From Chitinophagaceae bacterium (lineage in GTDB: Bacteria; Bacteroidota; Bacteroidia; Chitinophagales; Chitinophagaceae): a stretch of 64,000 nucleotides of DNA. The translations under genes and the position numbers were made by a program. The notes under the pieces were generated by a model that saw only the letters and a list, made by a program, of their open reading frames with translations, was not told where the DNA came from and made no database searches. Below, in pieces: positions 36,348 through 47,334 of this stretch (its first letter is position 1; each line of letters opens with the position of its first letter). The stretch lies in assembly GCA_004322425.1 (NCBI GenBank), contig SCVJ01000022.1:92064-156063 (forward strand). Reading direction: 5' to 3'.

Positions 36348-38492
36348 ATGAAAGTAAAACGGGACATATTGTGGAGAGTTTATCTGAGTTTTCTTGGCAT
36401 TGTATTGCTGAGCTCGTTAGTACTAGGACGAGCCATTTACATTCAACAAGTTCAAGGCAATTATTGGAAAAGCATGAGCGATAGTTTGCATCAAAGAATT
36501 GAGGAAATTGATGCTGGACGCGGAACCATTTATAGTGAAGATCGACAAATGCTGAGCACTTCGTTGCCCACATTTGATATCTATATTGATTTTTTAGCCG
36601 ATGGCTTACGAGAAAAAAATGGAAAAAGGTTTAAAGAAAACATTGATTCATTTGCAGTTTCATTATCATCATATTTCAAAGATAAAGATGCGTCCCTATA
36701 TAAAAAGGAATTAAAAAAGGCGTATAAAAATAAAGAACGATACTATTTGTTGAAGAAAAAATTGGAGTATCAAGATTATAAAGCCTTTCGCGATTTTCCT
36801 CTCGCAAAACTTGGAAGGAATAAAAGTGGAATTATTGTTGAAGAGAATAGCAAACGATTAATGCCATTCGGATTATTGGCTAATCGAACAATTGGTCTGT
36901 CAAGAGAATATATAGCAAGCAATGGAAAAGTAAAAAAGCAAAATGTTGGACTTGAAAAAAGTTTCGACAGTTTACTTACAGGTCAAAAAGGACAACGCTT
37001 GGTTCGTTTTATTGCAGGCGGTGTTGCTGTTCCTGTAGATGGATATCAAATTGAGCCCGAAAGTGGAAAAGATATAATTACCACATTGGATGTAAACATG
37101 CAAGACATTACCAGTTCAGCATTATTAAAAATGATGCAAAGCAGTGAATCGGAATATGGAACTGCTATTGTAATGGAAGTTAAAACAGGTAAAATAAAAG
37201 CAATTGCAAATCTTGGTAAAAACAAAGAAGGCGGTTATTGGGAAAATGATAATTATGCGTTACATGTTACCGAACCAGGATCAACTATAAAACTAGCAAC
37301 ACTATTAGCTGTACTTGAAGAAAAAAAATTATCATTAAATGAATTGATTGAAGTAGGAAATCATGGAAGTATGGTTGTTGGACCTAGAAATGTAACCGAT
37401 GCGGAACGTTCGCCAAAAAGTAATTTGACAATTAAAGAATGTTTTGCGCATAGCTCCAATGTGGGCATGAGCAAATTGGCGTATAACACATTTGCTTCTA
37501 ATCCACAAAAGTTTAAATCGTATTTGCATAACTACAATTTGGACTTGCCTTCGCCAGTTGATCTTTCTGATGTTGCAAAACCAACAATGACCTCTTTCGA
37601 AAAGAATAATGGCGGGATTATGAATATGGTTACCGTAAGTTTTGGTTATGGCATACAAGTAAGCCCACTTCAAACACTTACACTTTATAATGCTATTGCA
37701 AATGATGGGAAAATGATGAAACCTTATTTGGTAAATAAAATTGAACGGGGAGGAATTTTGCAGCAAAATTTTTCTCCCATTATTCTTAATGAAAATATTT
37801 GCTCTGATGCTACAGTAAAAGCTGCAAAAGAAAGTATGGAAGCTGTGGTTACTGAAGGAACCGCTAAAAATGTTTTTGAGGGGTTACATTTTCCAGTAGC
37901 TGGAAAAACAGGAACTGCACATGTTGCCGATGGAAAAATTAAATATAAAGATGGTGTTTATCAAGCATCTTTTGTGGGTTATTTTCCTGCTAACGATCCC
38001 CAATATAGTTGCATCGTTGTTATTCGTAGCAAGCCCCATGCTGCGTTACATTATGGAGGTCAACTAGCGGCTCCGGTATTTAAAGAAGTTGCTACCAAGT
38101 TATATGCTATGTATGTTGAAAAAAGGGATGCGTCTTTAATGGTGTTAAAAAAAGATAGTTCGATTTTTAATTATACAGGATTCACATACGATTTCAAAAA
38201 TGTATTGTCATCCTTGAAATTTCCCTTTTCGGATTCTACTCAACGAATGCATTGGAGCAATATTTCTTCAAAAAATAATCATGCGGTGTTAAAAGTAAGG
38301 AATATTGAAAATGATGAAGTGCCCAATGTAAAAGGGATGGGATTGAAAGATGCATTGTATGTATTAGAAAATCAGGGATTCAATGTAGCCATTCAAGGGA
38401 AAGGAAAAGTGTTGACTCAGTTCGTAAAAAATGGAGTAGAAATTAATAAATCAACAACAGTTGTTTTGATATTAGATGAGTTTATAAATTAA
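36348..38492 (+). CDS. ftsI: class B penicillin-binding protein / peptidoglycan D,D-transpeptidase FtsI, with C-terminal PASTA-like domain
   Basis: 714 aa. N-terminal TM, SxxK (GSTIK), SxN (SSN) and KTG(T) (AGKTGTA). The tail VPNVKGMGLKDALYVLENQGFNV resembles PASTA. Confidence 0.9.
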   Translation: MKVKRDILWRVYLSFLGIVLLSSLVLGRAIYIQQVQGNYWKSMSDSLHQRIEEIDAGRGTIYSEDRQMLSTSLPTFDIYIDFLADGLREKNGKRFKENIDSFAVSLSSYFKDKDASLYKKELKKAYKNKERYYLLKKKLEYQDYKAFRDFPLAKLGRNKSGIIVEENSKRLMPFGLLANRTIGLSREYIASNGKVKKQNVGLEKSFDSLLTGQKGQRLVRFIAGGVAVPVDGYQIEPESGKDIITTLDVNMQDITSSALLKMMQSSESEYGTAIVMEVKTGKIKAIANLGKNKEGGYWENDNYALHVTEPGSTIKLATLLAVLEEKKLSLNELIEVGNHGSMVVGPRNVTDAERSPKSNLTIKECFAHSSNVGMSKLAYNTFASNPQKFKSYLHNYNLDLPSPVDLSDVAKPTMTSFEKNNGGIMNMVTVSFGYGIQVSPLQTLTLYNAIANDGKMMKPYLVNKIERGGILQQNFSPIILNENICSDATVKAAKESMEAVVTEGTAKNVFEGLHFPVAGKTGTAHVADGKIKYKDGVYQASFVGYFPANDPQYSCIVVIRSKPHAALHYGGQLAAPVFKEVATKLYAMYVEKRDASLMVLKKDSSIFNYTGFTYDFKNVLSSLKFPFSDSTQRMHWSNISSKNNHAVLKVRNIENDEVPNVKGMGLKDALYVLENQGFNVAIQGKGKVLTQFVKNGVEINKSTTVVLILDEFIN

Positions 38493-38502
38493 AGTAGGAT
38501 AC

Positions 38503-39966
38503 GTGTTATTGAAAGATTTACTATATAAAGTTGCCATTAGATCCGTTGTTGGATCTACCAATGTGTCGGTCGATGCGATAATGTCTGATTCAAGAATTGC
38601 GACTAAAAATTCTGTTTTTATTGCTGTAAAAGGTACAGAAAAAGATGGGCATGAATTTATTGACAAAGCTGTGGATGCAGGATCCAGTGTAATGGTGTGT
38701 GAGCAATTGCCTAAAAAAATAAAGGGAGATATAATATATGTGCAAGTGGAAGATAGCGCTTTAGCTGTAGCAATAATGTCGCATAACTTTTATCATCAAC
38801 CTTCTGAAAAGATAAAACTTATAGGCATTACGGGTACGAATGGAAAAACTACAATTGCAACATTATTGTATCAGCTTTTTTCATCATTGGGATATAAGTG
38901 TGGGTTAATCAGTACAGTGGAAAACAAAATTGGTGAAAAAGTAATTGCCGCTACGCATACTACACCGGATGCAATTCAATTAAATGAATTGTTGAATCAG
39001 ATGGTGGAGGAAAAGTGTTCGCATGTATTCATGGAAAATAGTTCGCATGCAATTCAACAGCAAAGAAGTGCGGGGTTAAAATTCTCCGGTGCTATTTTCA
39101 GCAACATCACGCATGATCATTTGGACTATCACAAAACATTTGAAAATTATATTAATGTAAAAAAACAATTTTTTGATTCTTTATCATCGGATGCATTTGC
39201 AATTAGCAATGCTGATGATAAACGAGGAGTGGTGATGTTACAGAATTCAGCGGCACAAAAATATTTCTATAGTTTAAAAACAGTAGCTGCATTTAAAGGT
39301 AAAATTTTAGAAAATAGAATTGAAGGGTTGCAAATGTTGATCAACGATCAAGATGTTCATTTTAGAATGATAGGTGAGTTTAATGCTTATAATCTGTTGG
39401 CGGTTTACGCAGCAGCAATTTGTTTAGGAGAAGATAAACAAGATGTTCTTAAATGTTTAAGCCTTTTGAAAGGTGCAGAAGGTCGGTTCGATTATTTGAT
39501 TTCAAAAAAGGATAAAGTAATTGCAATAATTGATTATGCCCACACACCAGATGCATTGTTGAATGTTTTATCAACGATTAATAAACTGAAACATCGTAAC
39601 GAAGCGGTGATAACTGTTATGGGTTGCGGTGGAGATAGGGATAAAACAAAACGTCCATTAATGGCAGCGGTAGCTTGTAAAGAAAGTGATCGAGTGATTT
39701 TAACAAGTGATAATCCAAGATCTGAAGATCCTTTACAAATAATAAAAGATATGGAAGAAGGGGTGAAAGCAGATGCGAAAAAAAAATGTATCTCGATTGT
39801 GGACAGAAGAGAAGCTATTAAAGTTGCTGTTAGTATAGCAAAGGGAGGAGACATTGTTTTGGTAGCGGGTAAAGGGCACGAAAAATATCAAATCATCAAG
39901 GGTGTAAAAAGCCATTTTGATGATAAGAAAGTAGTAAAAGAAATGTTTGAAATTTTTGAAAAATAA
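38503..39966 (+). CDS. murE: UDP-N-acetylmuramoyl-L-alanyl-D-glutamate--2,6-diaminopimelate ligase
   Basis: GITGTNGKTT, a DNPR motif (TSDNPRSEDP) and the DYAHTPDAL pattern. GTG start as listed. Confidence 0.93.
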   Translation: MLLKDLLYKVAIRSVVGSTNVSVDAIMSDSRIATKNSVFIAVKGTEKDGHEFIDKAVDAGSSVMVCEQLPKKIKGDIIYVQVEDSALAVAIMSHNFYHQPSEKIKLIGITGTNGKTTIATLLYQLFSSLGYKCGLISTVENKIGEKVIAATHTTPDAIQLNELLNQMVEEKCSHVFMENSSHAIQQQRSAGLKFSGAIFSNITHDHLDYHKTFENYINVKKQFFDSLSSDAFAISNADDKRGVVMLQNSAAQKYFYSLKTVAAFKGKILENRIEGLQMLINDQDVHFRMIGEFNAYNLLAVYAAAICLGEDKQDVLKCLSLLKGAEGRFDYLISKKDKVIAIIDYAHTPDALLNVLSTINKLKHRNEAVITVMGCGGDRDKTKRPLMAAVACKESDRVILTSDNPRSEDPLQIIKDMEEGVKADAKKKCISIVDRREAIKVAVSIAKGGDIVLVAGKGHEKYQIIKGVKSHFDDKKVVKEMFEIFEK

Positions 39967-40022
39967 GAATGAAGGAAATGAGAAAATTAATTTTTAATAG
40001 TTCAAAAAAATAAACAACCGAT

Positions 40023-41300
40023 ATGCTATATCATTTGTTTCAATGGTTTGAGCAAGAGGGAATCAAGTTCCCCGGTAGCCAACTGCTAGACTTTATCACA
40101 TTCAGAGTATTGTTGGCTATGTTATTATCATTAACAATAACACTGCTTTATGGAAAAAAATTAATCAACCTACTTAATAAAAAATTAATTGGAGAATCTG
40201 TTCGCGAATTAGGTCTTGTTGGAGAAGCACAAAAAAAAGGAACCCCAACAATGGGTGGTATCATAATTATTCTAGGAATTCTGGTGCCTACTTTATTACT
40301 GGCAAAATTGAATACAATTTATATAATCATAATGTTGGTGTCTACAATTTGGTTGGGTTTAATTGGATTTATAGATGATTATTTAAAGTTAAAAGCTAAA
40401 CGAACCGCCCAACAGCTTGGTTCAAATTATCAAAAAACTAATAAAGATGGGTTAGCAGGGTGGTTTAAAATTTTGGGACAAGTAGGGCTTGGTCTTTTTG
40501 TGGGGTTAACACTTTATTTCAATGACGATGTTCAAATTTGGAGAGAATTTCAAGGTACTTATAATGCTTCCGATGCTACTCAAGTAGTGAGAAAAGTAAA
40601 TGGTAAGGAAAAAGTATTTGTCATTACAAAAGAACCCATTACAACTATTCCATTTGTAAAAAATCACGAATTTAATTATTCAAAATTATTGCCAAAAGCG
40701 TGGAGAGGTTTTACATGGTTATTATATGTATTGGTTATCATCTTCATTATTACTGCTGTGTCCAATGGAGCAAATATTACTGACGGATTAGATGGATTAG
40801 CATCGGGAACTTCTGCATTGATTGGTGTGTGCTTGGGCATTTTTGCTTATGCAAGTGGTAGTTATCTCTTTGCCGATTATTTGAATATTATGTACATCCC
40901 CAATTTAGCCGAGCTCTCCATTTTTATTGCAGCAATGGTAGGTGCATGTATTGGATTTATGTGGTACAATGCTTATCCGGCACAGGTTTTCATGGGCGAT
41001 ACCGGAAGCTTAACCTTGGGAGGTATCATTGCCGCTTTAGCTATTATCGTTCATAAAGAGTTATTAATTCCTATTTTTTGCGGAGTGTTTTTAGTAGAGA
41101 ATCTAAGTGTCGTTTTGCAAGTAGTTTATTTCAAGTATACTAAAAAAAAATATGGAGAAGGGAAAAGATTGTTTTTGATGAGTCCATTGCATCATCATTT
41201 TCAAAAGTTGGGATATCATGAATCAAAAATTGTAATACGGTTTTGGATTGTGACTATGTTATGTGTGTTGTTGTCTATTGCAACATTGAAAATGAGATAA
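40023..41300 (+). CDS. mraY: phospho-N-acetylmuramoyl-pentapeptide transferase
   Basis: KKGTPTMGG, DDYLK, NITDGLDGLA, FMGDTGSL and SPLHHHF motifs. Has a roughly 60-aa insertion relative to E. coli MraY. Confidence 0.95.
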   Translation: MLYHLFQWFEQEGIKFPGSQLLDFITFRVLLAMLLSLTITLLYGKKLINLLNKKLIGESVRELGLVGEAQKKGTPTMGGIIIILGILVPTLLLAKLNTIYIIIMLVSTIWLGLIGFIDDYLKLKAKRTAQQLGSNYQKTNKDGLAGWFKILGQVGLGLFVGLTLYFNDDVQIWREFQGTYNASDATQVVRKVNGKEKVFVITKEPITTIPFVKNHEFNYSKLLPKAWRGFTWLLYVLVIIFIITAVSNGANITDGLDGLASGTSALIGVCLGIFAYASGSYLFADYLNIMYIPNLAELSIFIAAMVGACIGFMWYNAYPAQVFMGDTGSLTLGGIIAALAIIVHKELLIPIFCGVFLVENLSVVLQVVYFKYTKKKYGEGKRLFLMSPLHHHFQKLGYHESKIVIRFWIVTMLCVLLSIATLKMR

Positions 41301-41305
41301 TAGAA

Positions 41306-42646
41306 ATGAATAAAAGAATTGTCATACTCGGTGGAGGTGAAAGTGGTGTAGGTGCTGCATTATTGGCAAAGCAAAAAGGGTATGATGTATTTCTTTCGGA
41401 TGGAAGTTCTTTGAATGAGATCTATCGTAATGAGCTGGAAATAGCAGGTGTTGATTTTGAAGAAAATGGTCATAGTGCCGATAAAATATTGGCGGCTGAA
41501 ATCATTATTAAAAGTCCTGGCATTTCAGAGAAAAATGAAATGGTAAAATTGATAAGAGCTAAGGGGATTTCAATTATCAGTGAAATTGAATTTGCTTACT
41601 ATTTTATCGGTTCCAGTAAAATCATTGCCATTACAGGAAGTAATGGAAAGACAACTACGGCGGCACTTACTTTCCATATCTGTAATAATGCAGGAACGAA
41701 CTGTGCACTGGTTGGAAATATCGGAACATCATTTGCTCGGCAAGTTGCGAAAGATCCCAAGAAATTGTACATAGTAGAGGTCAGTAGTTTTCAGTTGGAT
41801 GATATAGAAAAGTTCAAACCCAATGTGGCAATTCTAACCAATATTACTGAAGATCATCTCGACCGATACGAATACAAATTTGAAAACTATATCCATAGCA
41901 AATTTAAAATTTCGATGAATCAAACAAAAGAAGATTCATTTATCTATTGCTTGGATGATGAAATAATAGTAGAAAATATTGACAAATTTAAAATAGAAGC
42001 TAACCTATTACCAATTAGTATGAAAAAAGAAACATTAAAAGGTGCATTCATCAAAGACGGTGACATGTATGTAAGAACAGGCAATGAGTACACGACAATG
42101 AGTGTATTTGATTTTGCATTGCAAGGCAAGCATAATCAATACAACACTATGGCAGCTTGTGTTGCAGCAGCTACACTCGATCTGAGAAAAGAAAAAATAA
42201 GAGAAGCCGTAACTTCTTTCCAAAATTTGGAACATCGTATGGAGCGTGTGGCTACCGTACGTGGTGTTGAGTTTATCAACGACAGTAAGGCTACAAATGT
42301 TAACAGCACTTGGTATGCATTGGAAAGTATGATTAAGCCTACGATTTTAATTATCGGAGGTGTTGACAAGGGAAATGATTATTCATTGATTACAGAATTG
42401 ATAAAAGAAAAAGTAAAAGCAGTTGTTTGTTTGGGTGTTGAGAATAGTAAAATTCATGCTGCATTAAGCCATATTGCCTTACCTATTGTAAATGTGAATA
42501 GTGCAGAAGAAGCTGTTAGTACTGCATTTCATCTGGCTCATAAGGGAGATGTCGTGTTATTGAGTCCGGCTTGTGCCAGCTTCGACTTATTTAAAAATTA
42601 TGAAGATAGAGGCAATCAATTTAAACAAGCAGTTAGAGATTTATAA
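41306..42646 (+). CDS. murD: UDP-N-acetylmuramoylalanine--D-glutamate ligase
   Basis: MNKRIVILGGGESGVG, ITGSNGKTTT and NDSKATNV motifs. Start set to the ATG at 41306; the listed ORF start overlaps the mraY 3' end. Confidence 0.93.
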   Translation: MNKRIVILGGGESGVGAALLAKQKGYDVFLSDGSSLNEIYRNELEIAGVDFEENGHSADKILAAEIIIKSPGISEKNEMVKLIRAKGISIISEIEFAYYFIGSSKIIAITGSNGKTTTAALTFHICNNAGTNCALVGNIGTSFARQVAKDPKKLYIVEVSSFQLDDIEKFKPNVAILTNITEDHLDRYEYKFENYIHSKFKISMNQTKEDSFIYCLDDEIIVENIDKFKIEANLLPISMKKETLKGAFIKDGDMYVRTGNEYTTMSVFDFALQGKHNQYNTMAACVAAATLDLRKEKIREAVTSFQNLEHRMERVATVRGVEFINDSKATNVNSTWYALESMIKPTILIIGGVDKGNDYSLITELIKEKVKAVVCLGVENSKIHAALSHIALPIVNVNSAEEAVSTAFHLAHKGDVVLLSPACASFDLFKNYEDRGNQFKQAVRDL

Positions 42647-42649
42647 AAA

Positions 42650-43903
42650 GTGACAGAATCGGTAAACATACAAAATCAAATTACAAATCTTAGTCAGAAA
42701 ACTAAGGGCGATAAAGTTATTTGGACTTTAGTAATCTTGCTGGCATTGATTTCTATGCTAGTGGTGTATAGCGCTACTGGTTCATTGGCCTATAAAAAGT
42801 ATCAAGGCAACACTGAAATTTATTTGTTTAAGCAAGTAGCTTTTATAGTGATGGGAATGAGTGTTATCTATTTTGCTCACATGGTCAATTATACTATGTG
42901 GTCTCGTATTGCAAAAATTTTATTTCTGATTTCTATTCCACTTTTAGTTTACACGTTATTTTTTGGTGTGAGAATGAACGAAGGAAGTAGATGGATAAGA
43001 TTGCCCATTATTAATATGACTATTCAAACTTCTGACCTAGCTAAATTGGGGCTATTTATGTATTTGGCAAGAATGATGAGTAAAAAGCAAGAGGTTATAA
43101 AAGATTTTAAGAAAGGGTTTCTTCCTCTCATTATTCCTGTGTTGATTGTATGTTTATTAATTGCACCTGCAAATTTATCAACGGCGTTATTGTTGGGAGC
43201 AAGTTGTATGTTATTGTTTTTTATTGGGAGAGTTAATGCAAAGCATCTTATACTCACTATCCTCATCGCCCTGATTCCAATTATAATTTTGGTTGTAGCT
43301 GCAATAACCAGCCATAATGCAATAGAAAGCGATCAAGTAAGTGAGGTGAAATCATCAACATTAACACGAAGAGTTAGCACATGGGTAAGCCGAGTGGAAG
43401 GATTTATTTATGGTAGTAAAGTAACAAACGATGAAGGCGCTTATCAAGTAGATCAAGCAAAAATTGCAATAGCAAAAGGTGGAATACTTGGTGTAGGTCC
43501 CGGCAATAGTACACAAAGAAATTTTTTACCACAAGCATACAACGATTTTATTTATCCAATTATCATAGAAGAATATGGACTGGTGGGAGGCCTATTAATT
43601 GTATTTATTTATTTAGTTTTTTTATGGAGGTGTATTAGAATATTTAAGCGATGTCCTTATGCATTTGGCGCTTTTCTTGCACTGGGATTGAGTTTTACGT
43701 TGGTGATACAAGCAGTAGCCAATATGGCGGTCAGTGTAAACTTATTCCCAGTAACTGGAGTTACCCTGCCCCTGGTGAGTATGGGCGGAAGTAGTTTTCT
43801 ATTTACTTGCTTAGCAATTGGAATAATTCTAAGTGTTGCCAGAAATGTTGAACAAATGGAAGGAAATAATTCTATTGTACCTGAAAATAATAATTATGAA
43901 TAA
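42650..43903 (+). CDS. ftsW: FtsW/RodA/SpoVE family peptidoglycan glycosyltransferase (cell division FtsW)
   Basis: About 10 TM segments, with RWIRLP..IQTSDLAKL and PVTGVTLPLVSMGGSS motifs. GTG start as listed. Confidence 0.9.
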   Translation: MTESVNIQNQITNLSQKTKGDKVIWTLVILLALISMLVVYSATGSLAYKKYQGNTEIYLFKQVAFIVMGMSVIYFAHMVNYTMWSRIAKILFLISIPLLVYTLFFGVRMNEGSRWIRLPIINMTIQTSDLAKLGLFMYLARMMSKKQEVIKDFKKGFLPLIIPVLIVCLLIAPANLSTALLLGASCMLLFFIGRVNAKHLILTILIALIPIIILVVAAITSHNAIESDQVSEVKSSTLTRRVSTWVSRVEGFIYGSKVTNDEGAYQVDQAKIAIAKGGILGVGPGNSTQRNFLPQAYNDFIYPIIIEEYGLVGGLLIVFIYLVFLWRCIRIFKRCPYAFGAFLALGLSFTLVIQAVANMAVSVNLFPVTGVTLPLVSMGGSSFLFTCLAIGIILSVARNVEQMEGNNSIVPENNNYE

Positions 43904-44987
43904 AAAAATAATTATTGCAGGCGGAGGAACGGGAGGACATATTTTTCCAGCAATTGCTACAGCACAAGCTTTATCAATGCTTGACAAAACAATAAGCATT
44001 CTGTTTGTTGGAGCTAAGAATAAAATGGAAATGGAAAAAGTGCCACAAGCAGGTTTTAAAATTGAAGGATTGGATATTGCGGGTTATAATAGAAGTTCTT
44101 TAATTAAAAATATAAGCTTACCATTTAAATTGATTAAAAGTTTTTTACAAGCTTATCAGATTATAAAAAAATTTAGTCCCCATGTTGTTGTGGGTGTAGG
44201 CGGCTATGCAAGTTTTCCCATGTTATGGTTAGCGCAAATAAAAAATATTCCAACCATATTATTGGAGCAGAATTCCGTAGCAGGAAAGGCGAATCGAATG
44301 TTAGGGAAGCGAGCCAATGCAATTTGTGTGGCTTATGAAGGAATGAATAAATATTTTGTTGATAAAAAAATAATATTCACGGGCAATCCAGTACGACATT
44401 CTATTTCATTATCAGCGATTAGTAGATTGGATGCATTGAAGTTTTTTGAGTTGGATGAGAATAAAAAAACTATTCTAGTTATTGGCGGTAGTCAAGGTGC
44501 TCATTCAATAAATGAAGCAGTTAATAAAAATTTAAATGTTTTAGTACACGAAGAAATTCAGCTGATTTGGCAAACAGGGAATCTGTATCTAAGTAAAGCA
44601 AAAGCAAGTGCTAATGGGAAAAAAGAAATTTTTGTTTCTGAATTTATTACCAATATGGAAAATGCTTATGCGGCTGCCGATGTTGTAGTTTCTAGAGCAG
44701 GTGCTATTGCCATTTCGGAATTATGTGTTGTTAAAAAACCAGTAATATTTGTTCCCTTTCCTTTGGCAGCCGAAGATCATCAAACAGCAAATGCATTAAA
44801 ACTGGTTTCAAAAAATGCAGCATTAATAATAAATGACAATGAAGTAAATCAAAAGCTGGTATCAACAGCTGTTACATTGATTAACAATGAAGAAAAACAA
44901 AACGAATTAATAAAGAATATTGAAAGGATGGCAATAATTAATGCAGATGAAATAATAGCAAATGAAATTTTGAAGTTGATAAAATGA
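43896..44987 (+). CDS. murG: UDP-N-acetylglucosamine--N-acetylmuramyl-(pentapeptide) pyrophosphoryl-undecaprenol GlcNAc transferase
   Basis: MNKKIIIAGGGTGGHIFPA and HQTANA motifs. The ATG at 43896 overlaps the ftsW 3' end by 8 nt. Confidence 0.93.
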   Translation: MNKKIIIAGGGTGGHIFPAIATAQALSMLDKTISILFVGAKNKMEMEKVPQAGFKIEGLDIAGYNRSSLIKNISLPFKLIKSFLQAYQIIKKFSPHVVVGVGGYASFPMLWLAQIKNIPTILLEQNSVAGKANRMLGKRANAICVAYEGMNKYFVDKKIIFTGNPVRHSISLSAISRLDALKFFELDENKKTILVIGGSQGAHSINEAVNKNLNVLVHEEIQLIWQTGNLYLSKAKASANGKKEIFVSEFITNMENAYAAADVVVSRAGAIAISELCVVKKPVIFVPFPLAAEDHQTANALKLVSKNAALIINDNEVNQKLVSTAVTLINNEEKQNELIKNIERMAIINADEIIANEILKLIK

Positions 44988-46417
44988 GTAACAAAAGCAC
45001 ACATATTATTAATATTGATTCAGTAGAATTGGAAAAAATAAATGCTGTTTACTTTATAGGAATTGGAGGTATCGGTATGAGTGCATTGGCAAGATACTTT
45101 CATTCAAAAGGAAAAATAGTAAGTGGTTACGACAGAATGAGTACTGTATTAACTCAGGAATTGGAAGCCAGTGGAATTACAATTCATTACGAAGAAAATC
45201 TAGAAAAAATTCCTACAAATGTACAATTAGTAGTTTATACTCCCGCTATCCCAAGTCAAAATTCTGAGTTACAGTATTATTTTAAAAACAATTATTTAGT
45301 TGTAAAAAGAAGTGATGTGTTACAAATACTAACCAAAAACACATTTAATATTTGTATTGCAGGCACTCATGGTAAAACTACAATAAGCACGATGATTGCC
45401 CATGTGTTGCGACATTCAGGGTATGGGTGTAATGCATTTTTAGGTGGTATATCCGTAAACTATAAAACAAATTTTTGGAGTAGCGACAATGAAGTATGCG
45501 TTATTGAAGCAGATGAATATGATCGCAGTTTTTTAAAACTTTTTCCAGATGTGGCTATCATTTCTTCAACCGATGCAGATCATTTAGATATTTATGGTAC
45601 AGCCCAAGAAGTTGAAAAAGCATTTATTGATTTTAACAAAAATGTAAAAACTGGTGGTTTATTGGTTTATAAGTTTGGATTAAAGAATAGTAAAGAATTT
45701 AGTGCAAAACAATCGCAGTCATATTGCTTGAACAATAACCAAGCGGATGTCTATGCAAACAATATTACAATAGAAGATGGAGGGTATCGGTTTGATGTTG
45801 TAGTGTGTGGAAGATTAATTAAAAATTTTACATTACATATGGGGGGAATGCATAATGTAGAAAACGCAGTTGCAGCAATAGCTACAGCAAGTTATTTGAA
45901 AATTGATGATGATTTGATTAGAAACGCGATTGATTGTTTTAAGGGAGTTAAAAGAAGATTTGAGTATATTCTTAATACTTCAAAAATTATTCAAATTGAT
46001 GATTATGCCCATCACCCGGAAGAATTAACAGCACTGATTAATGGTGCCAAAACCTTATTCAGCTCCAAAAAATGTACGTTGATATTTCAACCACATTTAT
46101 TTAGCAGAACAAAAGATTTTGCTGACGCATTTGCTGCTGCTTTGGATCTTGCAGATGAAGTGATTCTATTACCTATTTATCCTGCTAGGGAATTGCCCAT
46201 ACCAGGAGTAGAGAGTGAAATGTTATTAAATAAGATGAAAAATGACAATAAAAAAATTATGACTAAAAAAGAATTGTTGGATGCGATTGCTACCATGAAT
46301 TCTAATGAGTTTGAAAATGTATTGGGAGAGGTGATAATCACAGCCGGAGCTGGTGATATTGATACTATTGTAACTCCCTTGAAACAAATATTAGAAAAAA
46401 AATATAAATCGGAATGA
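44984..46417 (+). CDS. murC: UDP-N-acetylmuramate--L-alanine ligase
   Basis: YFIGIGGIGMSALA, AGTHGKTT and DDYAHHPEE motifs. ATGA overlap with the murG stop. Confidence 0.93.
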   Translation: MSNKSTHIINIDSVELEKINAVYFIGIGGIGMSALARYFHSKGKIVSGYDRMSTVLTQELEASGITIHYEENLEKIPTNVQLVVYTPAIPSQNSELQYYFKNNYLVVKRSDVLQILTKNTFNICIAGTHGKTTISTMIAHVLRHSGYGCNAFLGGISVNYKTNFWSSDNEVCVIEADEYDRSFLKLFPDVAIISSTDADHLDIYGTAQEVEKAFIDFNKNVKTGGLLVYKFGLKNSKEFSAKQSQSYCLNNNQADVYANNITIEDGGYRFDVVVCGRLIKNFTLHMGGMHNVENAVAAIATASYLKIDDDLIRNAIDCFKGVKRRFEYILNTSKIIQIDDYAHHPEELTALINGAKTLFSSKKCTLIFQPHLFSRTKDFADAFAAALDLADEVILLPIYPARELPIPGVESEMLLNKMKNDNKKIMTKKELLDAIATMNSNEFENVLGEVIITAGAGDIDTIVTPLKQILEKKYKSE

Positions 46418-47322
46418 AAATTATTTTTCAAAAAATAGTATTCTTTTTAATGGTGATAATTATAAGTGGTGGTGTGATCACACTTTTGATTGCTGCAAAT
46501 AAAATTCAGGAAAAGGAATTGTGTCAAGGGTTAATTATTTCAATTGTAAGTAAACATGATAATTTATTTATTGATCAAAAGGACATTGAGAGTTTTCTTT
46601 TTAAAAAAATGGGTAAATCTGTAAAAGGCGAAAAAACAACAGCACTGAAATTACACCAATTGGAATTGTTGTTGGAGAAAAACAGTTGGATAGAAAATGC
46701 AGAAATGTGGATGGACGGCCAACGTATGTTACACATTAAAATTTTAGAAAGAGAACCTATTGCAAGAATTTTTACCGAAGCTGGTAATTCATTTTATATA
46801 GATAGCAGTATGAAGATAATTCCATTGTCTGATAAAATGAATGTGCGGGTTCCAGTGTTTATTGGAGTTTCAGAGTCTGTAATGGTGGCTCCCAGCAAGC
46901 AAATGAAAGATATTAAAGTGATGTCTACTTTTTTATTGAAAGATTCTTTTTGGAATAGTCAGGTGTCGCAAATTGAAATTGTACCCAACGAAAATTTTGA
47001 AATAATACCAGCGATAGGCAATCATATAATACAGTTTGGCGCTTGCGAGAATATTGAAAATAAGTTTAAAAAGCTGTACACATTATACAAGCAAATATTG
47101 ACTGTAACAGGATTTGATACATATAAAATTATAAACGTTCAATATACCAATCAAGTTATAGGAATAAAAAGTAGTCAAAAAAATATGATTATTGATTCAA
47201 TTCAAGTGCAACAAAAAATTGAAGAAATAATGCATAATGTAAATATAGATACTGTGGCTGTAGTTCATAAAACTGTTGCGCACAATTCAAAAAATAATAA
47301 TTCAATAAATAATAACAACTAA
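46414..47322 (+). CDS. ftsQ: cell division protein FtsQ/DivIB-like
   Basis: 302 aa with an N-terminal TM and a POTRA-like region, in the canonical position. ATGA overlap with the murC stop. Asn-rich tail. Confidence 0.7.
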   Translation: MKIIFQKIVFFLMVIIISGGVITLLIAANKIQEKELCQGLIISIVSKHDNLFIDQKDIESFLFKKMGKSVKGEKTTALKLHQLELLLEKNSWIENAEMWMDGQRMLHIKILEREPIARIFTEAGNSFYIDSSMKIIPLSDKMNVRVPVFIGVSESVMVAPSKQMKDIKVMSTFLLKDSFWNSQVSQIEIVPNENFEIIPAIGNHIIQFGACENIENKFKKLYTLYKQILTVTGFDTYKIINVQYTNQVIGIKSSQKNMIIDSIQVQQKIEEIMHNVNIDTVAVVHKTVAHNSKNNNSINNNN

Positions 47323-47334
47323 AACAAATATTCT

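Noticed and set aside
37335-37766. 143-aa ORF antisense to ftsI. Similar antisense or shadow ORFs in the track include 29646-29978 in atpD, 49311-49640 in ftsZ, 17142-17471 in the symporter, 22607-23004 in dnaJ and 2611-2913 in lysA.
   Set aside because: Each lies wholly inside a strongly supported conserved gene on the other strand. The ftsI one is in the codon-aligned antisense frame. Their products are low-complexity with no motifs, and none has a -7 box or its own intergenic context. I treat them as frame shadows.
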